Shown here in pieces: positions 11,121 through 22,482 of a stretch of 64,000 nt of DNA. Location of the stretch: assembly GCF_051105105.1 (NCBI RefSeq), contig NZ_CP185339.1; one strand, given 5' to 3'. The stretch comes from Nannocystis pusilla (GTDB lineage Bacteria > Myxococcota_A > Polyangia > Nannocystales > Nannocystaceae). The notes under the pieces were generated by a model. That model worked only from the letters and a program-made list of their open reading frames with translations, searched no databases and was not told where the DNA came from. The position numbers were made by a program, and so were the translations under genes. How positions within the stretch are numbered: the first letter of the stretch is position 1; the number at the start of each line of letters is the position of its first letter.

Positions 11121-12053
11121 TCACTCGGGGTTGTCCTTGAGCCAGCGCTCGTAGGCCTTGAGGTCGACGTTGCAGACCTTGGCGTACTCGGCGGCGACGG
11201 TCTTGCGCTCGTAGGCGCGGTCGCTGGCGGCGCGGTTCTGCTGCTCGCGCAGGGCGTCGAGGGCCTCGAGCACGTTGCGGAAGTAGACCCACCGCTTGGG
11301 CTGGTCGGCGGTCGGCGGCGGGGTGCCGCCGCAGTAGCGGGCCAGCCAGCCGTGGGCCTCGGCGACCTTGCCCTGCTCGCGCAGGGCCGTGGGCATCGCC
11401 GGCAGGCAGCTCTGCAGCATCAGCGACACGCGGTCGGGGCCGCGGGCCTGCTCGGCGAGGCAGCGCTCGCTGAAGCGGGCGTGGTCGCCGACGAGGAAGG
11501 CGTCGCGCACGTAGGTGTCGCGCTCGAACTCCGAGCGCGACGGCTGGGCGCGGTCGCAGGCGTACATGTCGACGAAGATCTTCTGCGGGCCTTCGGGACA
11601 TGGCACTTCGTACAGGTCGATGACGTGGCCGTCCTTGTTGGCGCCGACGTTGCCGCGGCGGGCCTTCATGCCGCTGGGGATGTCGCCGTCGAACGGGCGG
11701 GTGCCGTCCTCGCACTCGGCGTCGGCGACCGCGACGTAGGAGCCGGTGGTGCCGCAGGCGAGCAGCGGGCGGTCCTTGGAGGAGCCGGGCGGCCCGAGCG
11801 GCGCGGCGTTCTCGGGGGCGCGCGCGTCGCCGATCCGCTCGCGCTCGTCGGTGCGACCGGGCCGCGGGCCCCCCGGGTTGGCGAAGGCGCCCGACGAGGT
11901 GGTGGCCGGATCGAGCGGCGAGGCGTCCGCCCCGGCGATGGGGGTGCCGAAGGCGCCCGACTCGGTCGCCGCGGGGGCCTTGGCCCGGCCCGACGTGGAG
12001 GTCTTGCAGGCGAGCAGGCAGGCGAGGGCGAGGAGCAGGGGCGGACGACGCAT
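11121..12053 (-). CDS. Hypothetical secreted lipoprotein.
   Basis: Signal plus lipobox MRRPPLLLALACLLAC. The upstream 56 codons of the track ORF are low-complexity and were rejected. Confidence 0.65.
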   Translation of the reverse strand: MRRPPLLLALACLLACKTSTSGRAKAPAATESGAFGTPIAGADASPLDPATTSSGAFANPGGPRPGRTDERERIGDARAPENAAPLGPPGSSKDRPLLACGTTGSYVAVADAECEDGTRPFDGDIPSGMKARRGNVGANKDGHVIDLYEVPCPEGPQKIFVDMYACDRAQPSRSEFERDTYVRDAFLVGDHARFSERCLAEQARGPDRVSLMLQSCLPAMPTALREQGKVAEAHGWLARYCGGTPPPTADQPKRWVYFRNVLEALDALREQQNRAASDRAYERKTVAAEYAKVCNVDLKAYERWLKDNPE

Positions 12054-12123
12054 GCGCGAGTCAACGTTAGCACGGGGCTCGCAGCCCGCGCTCGTGGCGT
12101 CGATCGACGTTGCCCCGGCGGCG

Positions 12124-12504
12124 TCAATGCGGGTGCTGCGGCAGGTCGTCGGCGATGTCGTAGTAGTCGCCCTTGTCGGCCACGTGGATGTGCATGGCCA
12201 GGCGGGCGTGCGTCGGCGCATCGAAGGCGCCCATGGCGACGGCGATCTTCGCGGCGAAGATCGGGTCCCAGAACAGCCACGAGCCGCAGGTCGAGCAGAA
12301 GCCGCGGCGCACTTTCTCCGACGAGCGGAACCAGGTCAGGCGGTCCTCGCCGCGGATCGTCAAGGCTTCGCGCGGGACGTTGGTCGAGGCCCAGTAATGG
12401 CCCGATTGTTTGCGGCACTGCGAGCAATGGCAGGCGTTCGGCGGGGGCAACGGGCCGGCGACCTCGAAGGTCACGGCGCCGCAGAGGCAAGATCCCTTGG
12501 GCAT
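12124..12504 (-). CDS. GFA family protein (glutathione-dependent formaldehyde-activating / CENP-V-like zinc protein).
   Basis: Cys ligand pattern CLCGAV...CHCSQCRKQSG...CSTCGSW over 126 aa. The start MPKGS was found by arithmetic from the stop. Confidence 0.8.
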   Translation of the reverse strand: MPKGSCLCGAVTFEVAGPLPPPNACHCSQCRKQSGHYWASTNVPREALTIRGEDRLTWFRSSEKVRRGFCSTCGSWLFWDPIFAAKIAVAMGAFDAPTHARLAMHIHVADKGDYYDIADDLPQHPH

Positions 12505-12536
12505 GGCGCTCCTGTTCGCGGCGATGGTACCAGCGG

Positions 12537-14624
<2,088 letters not shown>

Positions 14625-14828
14625 GGCCCAGGATACGCCGGGCTCGCGCGCGGGCCCAGGGGCGGCCGCGAGGGGGCGGGCGCGGCGAGGCAGCGCGAGC
14701 CTCGATCCACGTTGCAGGGGGTGTCGATGCGTCACCGGCCGTATCGGCGGACCTGTGTCCGCGTCGCGGACATCGAGGTGTCGATGCAGGTGGGAGTGAC
14801 GGTCGTCGCGTCGATTGCGCGGCTGGTC

Positions 14829-15485
14829 ATGCGGGCCTCGTTTTCCTATGTTCCGCGCCGCGTGACCCTCCGCGATTTCATCCCCCCATGCATCGCTCTG
14901 GCGGCGTGCCTGAGCCTGGCCTGCTCCGACGACAAGGACCCGCTCGACTCGGTGACCAGCCCGACGGCGACGACGACGAACCCGAGCAACGGTTCGAACG
15001 CGAGCAACGCCTCCAACGCGTCCAACCCCGGCAACAGCACCGACGGCACCGACAGCACCGATCCCGTCGACAGCACCGACGGCACGACGGCGACCGACAC
15101 TGGCGTCGACGAGACGACCGGGCCGACCACGGGCGAGCCGACCGCCGGCACGACCGTGGCCGAGACGACCGCGGCCGAGACGACGAGCACGAGCGAGCCG
15201 CCGCCGACCGACGGGCCCGGAGTGCTGCCCGGCGAGGACGGCATGCAGGCGTTCTGTCGCCGCTACAAGGAGTGCGGCGGGACCTACTACGGCGACCAGC
15301 AGGAGTGCCTCGACGCGACCTACGACTACTGGGGCAGCTGCCCGTCGCGCAAGGCGGCGCTCGACGAGTTCGGCGCCTGCATGTCGGAGCTCGACTGCGG
15401 CGAGTGGAACCCCGACGCCTACAACCCGGGCAGCACCCCGTGCGCCGAGCAGTGGGGCGGGGTCCAGTCGGCCGAGCCGTGCTGA
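14829..15485 (+). CDS. Small secreted lipoprotein with an Asn/Ser/Thr-rich linker and a Cys-rich C-terminal domain.
   Basis: Lipobox IALAACLSLAC. Contains NASNASNAS repeats. The C-terminus has 8 Cys. 218 aa. Confidence 0.6.
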   Translation: MRASFSYVPRRVTLRDFIPPCIALAACLSLACSDDKDPLDSVTSPTATTTNPSNGSNASNASNASNPGNSTDGTDSTDPVDSTDGTTATDTGVDETTGPTTGEPTAGTTVAETTAAETTSTSEPPPTDGPGVLPGEDGMQAFCRRYKECGGTYYGDQQECLDATYDYWGSCPSRKAALDEFGACMSELDCGEWNPDAYNPGSTPCAEQWGGVQSAEPC

Positions 15486-15494
15486 AGGACTGAA

Positions 15495-15548
15495 GGGACA
15501 TGTCCCCTGAGACCGGTGCTCAGGGGCATGGCTCCGGGGACATGTCCG
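15495..15548. repeat. GGGACATGTCCC (a perfect 12-bp palindrome at 15495-15506), the hairpin CCCTGAG-n7-CTCAGGG, and GGGGACATGTCC at 15537-15548.
   Basis: Read directly from the sequence. Lies between the convergent lipoprotein and methyltransferase genes. Confidence 0.7.
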
Positions 15549-16795
15549 ATGCGTCAGCCTCGATCCGGAAGTAGCGGAAGCCGCCGCCGCCGGTCCAGCC
15601 GGCCGCCGCGGTGACGCCGCTGGGATCGCGCCCGTCGACGACCGCGCGCAGGCGCGGGGCCACGAGGGTGTCGCAGTGCTCGCCGCGCTCGACGAGGATC
15701 CAGCGCCGCCGCAGCTTGTGGGCGACGGCGCCGGTGGTGCCCGAGCCGGCGTAGACGTTGAGGACCCAGTCGCCCGGGCGCGTCGAGAGGCTCGAGCACG
15801 CGGCGCAGCAGGGCCTCGGGCTTCTTGCCCTTGGGGAAGGCGACGCCGCCCTCGTTGTGCAGGTTGTTGGACAGCAGGTCGTCCCAGATGGTGGTGAGCG
15901 GCTCGCCGGCGACCCGCTGGCCGTCGATGAGCTTGAGCTTGGCGGCGTAGAAGAGGATCCGCTCGCCGCGGACGAAGTAGAAGTCGTCGTGGTCGTCGCG
16001 CCCTAACCGGAGGACGACGTCGGGCTCGGCCTTGGAGCGGTCGATCATGGCCCGCGCGGCCGCGCTGACGCCGTTGTAGTCGGGCCGCGCGAGGCGGACG
16101 ACGGCGTCGGCGTGGGCGAGCACGAATTCGTCGAGGCGCTCCGGCTCGGCCCGCGCCAGCCGCTGGGCCGCCCGCTCGCCCAGGCCGCAGGCGTCGGCGA
16201 AGGCGCGCATGAGCGTGACGAGCCGCCATTCGGCGTGCGGCGCGGGCCGATTGACGATGAACTGGGCGTACCGCGGGTCGCGCTCGCGGGCGGTGTACAG
16301 CCGCTGCGGGGCCCAGCGCGCGCGGTCCTTGCAGTACACGAGGACGAAGTTGGAGGTCGAGACGCAGCCGGGGTTTATCGCCTTGTGGCCGGTCGGCGCG
16401 CCCTGCTTGAAGGTGACGACCGAGGCGCGGTTGGCCCGGCCGAAGATGTCGTCGAGCAGGACGATCAGGTAGCCGAGCTCGTTGTCGTCGATGTGGACGA
16501 ACAGGGTGCCGTCGGCGGCCAGCAGGTCGCGCAGGACGGTGAGCCGGGCGCGCATGTCGGCCAGCCAGCGCGCGTGCTCGATGCCGTCGTCGTAGTGGGC
16601 GAAGGCGCGGCCGGTGTTGTACGGCGGGTCGATGTAGACGCAGCGGATCTTGCCGGCGAACTCGGGCTCCAGCGCGCGCAGGGCCGCGAGGTTGTCGCCG
16701 CGGATCAGGCGGTTGTCGTAATGGTCGCCCGCCACCTCGGGGCCGGCCGCGCGGTGGGACAGCGCGAGGGCCTCGACGAGGGGGCGCGGATCCAC
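15520..16795 (-). CDS. Site-specific DNA methyltransferase, beta-class (N6-adenine/N4-cytosine), orphan, carrying an apparent +1-nt frameshift near its C-terminus.
   Basis: N-terminal NRLIRGDNLAALRAL and motif IV IRCVYIDPPYNTG. After LLRRVLE the frame changes at plus coordinates 15786-15790 into PGDWVLNVYAGSGTTGAVAHKLRRRWI (motif I). No restriction enzyme gene lies next to it. Confidence 0.7.
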
Positions 16796-16848
16796 GACCC
16801 GACGCTAGCGCAGGCCGGCGGCGCCGACAAGCTGGCCTTCAGGCCAGG

Positions 16849-17364
16849 TCACGGGAACGTGAGCGCCACCTGGGCGCTGGCGCCGCGGCAGACCGGCTCA
16901 CACCCGGGGCCGTTGGGCCGCGACTCGACGTAGGTGGGGGCGATGTTGCCGCTGTAGATCGTCTCCTCGCCGCGCTGGATCTTCAGCTCGACGGCCGCGG
17001 GGCTGCTCGGGATCTGGATGTCCGCAAAGCCGTGCTGCTCGGGCGGCAGGGCGCAGCCGGACTCGCCGATCTGCACGCGGTCGGCGACGTTGCAGGTGAG
17101 CGAGGGGCCGGCGTCGCAGGCCTTGAGCGGCAGGGCGCCCTTGCAGGTGACGGGGACGCCGTCGAGCGCGAAGGCGAACGTGTAGTCGCCCGCCGGCCAG
17201 CCGGCGTTCGGCTGCAGCTCGATCCGCAGGCCGCCGATGCAGCCGATCTCGGTGCACACCTTGCCGCCGCCGCCGCCGGGGTCGCTGGGCTCCACCTGGC
17301 CTTTGGAACATGCGCTGAGGAGCAGGCCGACGAGGAGGGGGACAGGGGCGCGGAGCCAGGGCAT
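16849..17364 (-). CDS. Hypothetical small lipoprotein.
   Basis: Signal plus lipobox MPWLRAPVPLLVGLLLSAC. 172 aa. Confidence 0.65.
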   Translation of the reverse strand: MPWLRAPVPLLVGLLLSACSKGQVEPSDPGGGGGKVCTEIGCIGGLRIELQPNAGWPAGDYTFAFALDGVPVTCKGALPLKACDAGPSLTCNVADRVQIGESGCALPPEQHGFADIQIPSSPAAVELKIQRGEETIYSGNIAPTYVESRPNGPGCEPVCRGASAQVALTFP

Positions 17365-17444
17365 GCCGGAGCTTGGCACGAGTCGCGGCGACACGCACGC
17401 GCGCGAGCCTTTACAGCCGCCGGCCCGGCCCGTAGCCTGCGGGC

Positions 17445-18515
17445 GTGTCGCCCGTGTTCGCGCTGATCGCCCTCTACGGGCTGGTGTTCGTGCTCCACCT
17501 GATCGTGCCGGCCCGCCGCGTGAGCGGCTACGTGCGCGACGAGGCCAGCGGCGCGCCGCTCCGCTACCGCCTCAACGGGGTGCGGGTGATGGCGCTGACG
17601 GTGGCGCTGTACTTCGTGGCGGGGGCGACCGGCCTCGTGCCGTGGGACTGGCTGTACGTCCACCGGGCAGAGACTCTGGCGACCGCGTGCGGGCTGGGGC
17701 TCCTGTTCACCCTGGCGATCGTGCTGCCGGCGGCGCCGCGGCGCGGGCTCCTGGCCGACCTGTACCTCGGGCGGCTGGCCAACCCGCAATGGCTGGAGGG
17801 CCACATCGACGCCAAGATGTTCTTGTATTTGATCGGGGCGGTGATGCTGCAGCTGAACCTGCTGTCGTTCGCCGCCCACCACCTGCTGCTGTACCCGAAC
17901 GATCCGTCGCCGGGGGTGCTCCTGCACGTGGCGCTGTTCTCGTTCTTCCTGTGGGAGTACCTCAACTTCGAAGAGGTCCACCTCTACACCTACGACTTCG
18001 TGGCCGAGCGCGTCGGCTTCAAGCTCGGGTGGGGCTGTCTGACGTTCTACCCGTTCTTCTACGCGGTCGGGCTGTGGACGACGGCCGCGCTGCCGAACCC
18101 GCACACGCCGGCGCCGCTGCTGGGCCTGTGCGCGCTGCTGTTCTTCACCGGCTGGATGCTGGCCCGCGGGGCCAATATGCAGAAGTTCTGGTTCAAGACG
18201 CAGCCCGAGAAATTGGCGTTCGGCACCATCAAGCCGGAGGTGCTGAGCGACGGCGAGAAGCAGATCCTGGTGAACGGCTTCTGGGGGCTGTCGCGGCACA
18301 TCAACTATCTGGGCGAGATCACGATGGCGACGGCGCTGGCGCTGTCGCTCGGTCACCCGGGCGAGCTGGGGCCGTGGCTGTACCCGCTGTATTACCTGGT
18401 GCTGCTGGTGCCGCGGCAGATCGACGACGACCGCCGCTGCCGCGCGAAGTACGGGGCGCTGTGGCAGCAATACGAGCGACGGGTGCGCTGGCGAATCGTG
18501 CCCGGGATCTATTGA
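17445..18515 (+). CDS. ERG4/ERG24-family sterol reductase (C14 / C24(28) / 7-DHC reductase homologue).
   Basis: A multi-TM protein with the family signature GFWGLSRHINYLGE and the C-terminal DDDRRCRAKYGALWQQYERRVRWRIVPGIY. Compare DHCR7 with RCASKYG...W..Y...VPYRLLPGIF. Confidence 0.8.
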   Translation: MSPVFALIALYGLVFVLHLIVPARRVSGYVRDEASGAPLRYRLNGVRVMALTVALYFVAGATGLVPWDWLYVHRAETLATACGLGLLFTLAIVLPAAPRRGLLADLYLGRLANPQWLEGHIDAKMFLYLIGAVMLQLNLLSFAAHHLLLYPNDPSPGVLLHVALFSFFLWEYLNFEEVHLYTYDFVAERVGFKLGWGCLTFYPFFYAVGLWTTAALPNPHTPAPLLGLCALLFFTGWMLARGANMQKFWFKTQPEKLAFGTIKPEVLSDGEKQILVNGFWGLSRHINYLGEITMATALALSLGHPGELGPWLYPLYYLVLLVPRQIDDDRRCRAKYGALWQQYERRVRWRIVPGIY

Positions 18516-18691
18516 GTAGACCGCGGCGCGGCGCGGCCTGAGCGCTGTGGCGATCAGCGGATGGGCAGACAGGTGCCGGCTGGCAGCCAGCGAGCGCGGT
18601 GGCCCGCGATCGACCGCTCGGCGCGCGCTCGTCGTGTGATTCGCAGCGCCGACATCGACGGCTCCTCGGAGTCGCTGTTTCTCAGGCGCGC

Positions 18692-19225
18692 TCAGGGGGT
18701 CTGCAGCTGGCCCATGAGCCAGTAAGGGCCGACGCAGGCGGCGTCGAGCGGCGCCTTCAGCTGCTTGCGCAACGCGTCGGTCAGCCGGACCTGGCCGCCG
18801 CCGGTGCGCAGTGGCTCGCCGACGCGGGCGACGACCTTGCCGGTGCTGTCGACGATCTCGAGGCGGTCGCCGGTGCGACGCGCGCCGTAACCCGGCTGCC
18901 AGATCAGCAGGTGGCCTGGCTGCTTGCCGTCGGGGCTGACGCGCAGGCAACCGGACTGCTCGATCAAGGTGCCCGAGAGCAGGGCGTCCATGAACGCGTT
19001 GCTGGTCTCGCGCAGCTCCGGCAGGGCGGGGATCGGTCCGGCCGATTCGAGGGGCTGCGCGGCGGGCTCGGGCGCGGCTGCGGGCGCGGGGGCGGACGGG
19101 GGTGCGGGAGCCGGCGCGGACGTGGGCGCGGGCGCGGGCGCGGGCGCGGCGGGCGTGGCGGGCGTCGGCGCTGCTGTATCGGGGTGGCAAGCGAAGAGGG
19201 ACAAGCAAAGAGCGAACAGGCGCAT
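18692..19225 (-). CDS. Hypothetical lipoprotein with a Pro/Ala-rich linker.
   Basis: Signal plus lipobox MRLFALCLSLFAC followed by (PA)n. The upstream His/Cys-rich track extension was not accepted. Confidence 0.6.
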   Translation of the reverse strand: MRLFALCLSLFACHPDTAAPTPATPAAPAPAPAPTSAPAPAPPSAPAPAAAPEPAAQPLESAGPIPALPELRETSNAFMDALLSGTLIEQSGCLRVSPDGKQPGHLLIWQPGYGARRTGDRLEIVDSTGKVVARVGEPLRTGGGQVRLTDALRKQLKAPLDAACVGPYWLMGQLQTP

Positions 19226-19758
19226 CGCCGACCGCACGCCGGCGATGCGCCCGGGCTTACACCCGTCGGTGCAGCAGCACTCGATCGCAGGCTCGTCAGG
19301 GGCCCACGGATGTTCCACCTCGGGCTTCGCCACGTGACGGGCGAGGTCGCGGTGGTGGTCCCAATGTTCGCAGGGAAGATTGGCATGAGGGTGGAATGGG
19401 CAATTTTTCGAGGAGCTCTTTCGGCGGTGTGAAGGCATCGATTGCGGCGCGGCGAGCGGCCGGTGATCTTGCGCTGGCCGGTGACGGAGGCGCGACGGTT
19501 GACGCGCGAGCGACGAGCACCGCTGTGGAGCGGGGCCGAGCCCTGAAGGGCTTCGCGCGGGGCTCGGGCCGGGGAACCCCGCGCGTGGGCCCGGGTGCTC
19601 GGGTGGAGAGCGTGTGTCGTGACGAGGTTCGGCGGCCTCGTCACGGGGCGATGCGCAGGTCGCCGTCGGGGCGCAGGCAGGTCGTCAGGCGGAGCTGACG
19701 ATCGCGGCGGCGCGGCGCGAATACGTCGGCTTGACGCCCGCGATCGGGCCTGGATAGC

Positions 19759-21303
19759 GTGACCGACGGGATGGAAAATTCCGTGAAAAGCCTCGTATTT
19801 GGCCGCTTCGCGCGGCTCTGTCTGCTCCTGCCGGTGAGCGCTTGCGTATGGACGCCGAACAGCCGCACGTCGCACGAATCGAGCGCCGCGATCTCGATGC
19901 AGGGCTATTCGGGCGGGCCGGGATCGACGGTGCGGATCCTGGCGAGGAATTGGGACACCGGGGCCTTCGACGAGGTGGCGACGACGATCGGGAGCACCAC
20001 CGCCTCGTTCACCGACCCGGCGCTCTACTCGTGGGCGAAGTCGTTGACGCCGGCGGCCCAGTACTGGCGGCCGACGCAGGCCGGTTGCTCGGCGGGGCGC
20101 GCCGAGCTGCGCGCGATGATCGATGACGACCCACTGAAGACGTTCACGACCCCGGCCGGCCAGTGCGCGTTCGATCGCGTCCTCGGCGGCGAGCACCCGG
20201 CTTCGGCCGGCGACGCGTGCTCGGACGGCGACGAGGTGATCCTGTTCGACAACAACGGCACCTGCGGGACGGCCGAGACGGGCGGGCTGACGACGGTGGA
20301 GGGACCGTTCACGGGGCCATACAACGGCGTGTCGGTGACGTGGGAGGTCGTCAGCTATCCGGTGCAGGGCAACACGATCTACGGGCTTGTCTGTCGCCCG
20401 AGCGCGGCCGGGGCGCATCCGGTCCAGATCTTCAACCACGGCGGGTGGTTCGGCCTCGGCTGGGGCGGCGAGCCGGAGGGCTGCCTGAAGTCGGCGGCGA
20501 AGGGATGGGTCGTGGCGATGTCGACCTATCGCGGCGAGCGGCTGTACCTCGGGCCAGGTTACGAGTGGGTCTCGGGCGGCAGCGTCGAGCTGTGCAACGG
20601 CGAGGTGACCAACGTCCTGCGGCTGACCGATCTGGTGCTGGCCAAGTCGTACGCGGATACTTCGAAGGTGCTGATGCACGGGCTGTCGCACGGCGGCTGC
20701 ATCACGACGCGGGCGGTGCAGCGCGGGGCGCCGGTGCAGGCGGCGATCGACGTCGCCGGGCCGAGCGAGTGGGCGTCGCTGCACGCGCTGCTCGGCGGCT
20801 GGCTGGTCGGCGAGCTGCCGACCGATCCGCCGACGACGCCGTTCCCCGACTTGATGGAGGATTGGGTCGGCGACCCGGCGTCGGTGCCCCACGCGTACGA
20901 GTGGCGCTCGAGCAAGTTCGTCGCCGAGGACCTGGCGGTGCGCGCCGACGTCAAGTACCTGCGCATGCAAGGAACGGCCGACACGATCGTGCCGCCGGGC
21001 CACGCGTGCAAGCTCATGAAGACGGCGTTCGGCGCCTACGGCAGCCAGAACTGGCACTTTACCAGCACCGCTGCGGTCACCACGACTGCGCCGGTCGGCT
21101 GCACGGCCACCGACGCGAGCCTGTGGTGGCAGAGCGCCGCCAAGCCGACGACGAGCTGGCCGGGCAACCATTACGTGTTCGTCTACGACGCGCTGCCCCA
21201 CGCGGTGGTGCCGGGCGACGGCACGCCGGTCGCGGTGGTGAACGCGTTCGTGGCCGACTACAACAACTTCGTCAACGCGCTCGGCTGGGGCGTGGTGTAC
21301 TGA
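19759..21303 (+). CDS. Secreted alpha/beta-hydrolase (S9 peptidase / dienelactone-hydrolase-like).
   Basis: Signal LCLLLPVSAC. The nucleophile elbow is GLSHGG. 514 aa. Confidence 0.7.
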   Translation: MTDGMENSVKSLVFGRFARLCLLLPVSACVWTPNSRTSHESSAAISMQGYSGGPGSTVRILARNWDTGAFDEVATTIGSTTASFTDPALYSWAKSLTPAAQYWRPTQAGCSAGRAELRAMIDDDPLKTFTTPAGQCAFDRVLGGEHPASAGDACSDGDEVILFDNNGTCGTAETGGLTTVEGPFTGPYNGVSVTWEVVSYPVQGNTIYGLVCRPSAAGAHPVQIFNHGGWFGLGWGGEPEGCLKSAAKGWVVAMSTYRGERLYLGPGYEWVSGGSVELCNGEVTNVLRLTDLVLAKSYADTSKVLMHGLSHGGCITTRAVQRGAPVQAAIDVAGPSEWASLHALLGGWLVGELPTDPPTTPFPDLMEDWVGDPASVPHAYEWRSSKFVAEDLAVRADVKYLRMQGTADTIVPPGHACKLMKTAFGAYGSQNWHFTSTAAVTTTAPVGCTATDASLWWQSAAKPTTSWPGNHYVFVYDALPHAVVPGDGTPVAVVNAFVADYNNFVNALGWGVVY

Positions 21304-21309
21304 TTCGCG

Positions 21310-22113
21310 TCAGTCGCGGGCGTGGAGGCGGGCGGTCTGCGAGCCCATGAGGGCGACGGCTCGCCGGCGCGGGAACAGGCGCCCGAGGACGAACGCGGCC
21401 AGCTTGTTGAGGCCGCCGGGGACGGCGCTCGGCGGGCCGCCCAGGGCCTGCAGGGCCTCGGCGACGACGGCGTCGGGCGTCATGGCGCGCGGGCCGTCGG
21501 GGCCGCTCGAGCGCTCGAAGCCGGGGGTCCGCGTGGCGCCGGCGCAGCAGACCAGGACGTCGACGCCGCGCGGGCCGAGCTCGTACCACAGCGCCTCGCC
21601 GAGCGAGAGGTTGAACGCCTTGGTGGCGCCGTAGGCGGCGACCAGCGGCGAGCCCCAGAAGGCGGTGAGCGAGGACATGAGGAGCAGGCCGCCGCGGCCG
21701 CGCTGCACGAGGCGCTCGCCGAACACGTGGGCGGCGATCAGCGGGCCGCGGCAATTGACGTCGACGATCTTGAGCTTGTCGGCCAGCGGGACGTCGAGGA
21801 ACGGGCCGATCCGCGAGAGCGCGGCGTTGTAGACGCAGAGGCCAACGTCGAGGCCGTCGCTGACGCGCGCGAGCTGCTCGGCGAGGTCGGGGGCCGCGAG
21901 GTCGAGGGCGGCGGTGCGGACGTCGACGCGCGCCCGCAGCGGGGCGGCGACGGCCTCGAGGGCGTCAGCCCGGCGCGCGAGCAGGAGGAGGTTGAGGCCG
22001 CGGTCGGCGAGGCCGCGCGCGAAGGCGGCGCCGAGGCCCTCGGAGGCGCCGGCGACGACCGCCCAGGGGCCGTACTTGTGGACGAAGGCGGAGCGGTCGG
22101 AGGAGCTGGTCAC
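21310..22113 (-). CDS. SDR-family short-chain dehydrogenase/reductase.
   Basis: Glycine motif VAGASEGLG and the Y..K of YGATKAF. A GTG start at 22113 was chosen. The track M at 22287 is really GTG and lies in a palindrome-rich leader. Confidence 0.7.
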   Translation of the reverse strand: MTSSSDRSAFVHKYGPWAVVAGASEGLGAAFARGLADRGLNLLLLARRADALEAVAAPLRARVDVRTAALDLAAPDLAEQLARVSDGLDVGLCVYNAALSRIGPFLDVPLADKLKIVDVNCRGPLIAAHVFGERLVQRGRGGLLLMSSLTAFWGSPLVAAYGATKAFNLSLGEALWYELGPRGVDVLVCCAGATRTPGFERSSGPDGPRAMTPDAVVAEALQALGGPPSAVPGGLNKLAAFVLGRLFPRRRAVALMGSQTARLHARD

Positions 22114-22196
22114 GCGCGCCGAGGAGACCACGAGGGGCCGCCGCGGGCAAGAGGGGCGCTGCGCGAGTTCGTCGCGCGGCCGGGATATGCCTCTCG

Positions 22197-22218
22197 GGGC
22201 ATGTCTTGAAAGACATGT
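22197..22218. repeat. Hairpin GGCATGTCTT-ga-AAGACATGT in the SDR leader.
   Basis: Read directly from the sequence. Confidence 0.6.
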
Positions 22219-22423
22219 GAACGAACCACTCACGGCGCGAGGCGATCGCGCGATCGTGGCACCCGGCTGGTGAGTCTCGACGAGCACGTCGCTGCGACCA
22301 GCGCCGTGGTCATGCGTGGGCCGGGGGCGAGGTCGGCGGCCTTGATAGGCTCGGAGCGAGCGGCGCGGGCGCGGATGGGCAGGCGAACGAGGCCAGCGAG
22401 CGTCGCGTCAAGAATGACCGTCT

Positions 22424-22441
22424 CTCGGGACATGTCCCGAG
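22424..22441. repeat. Perfect 18-bp palindrome CTCGGGACATGTCCCGAG.
   Basis: Read directly from the sequence. The strongest member of the family. Confidence 0.8.
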
Positions 22442-22482
22442 ATGCATGGCCCGTGGAGTACAGCGCTCTCGCGGCGTCCCGC

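Noticed and set aside
15520-16795. Methyltransferase as part of a restriction-modification system.
   Set aside because: No endonuclease, specificity or helicase gene within 5 kb on either side. The neighbours are lipoproteins.
19226-19438. His/Cys-rich N-terminal extension (HPHANLPCEHWDHH...CCCTDGC) of the 18692 lipoprotein ORF.
   Set aside because: An internal signal peptide (MRLFALCLSLFAC) marks the real start. The upstream part lies in a hairpin-rich intergenic region.
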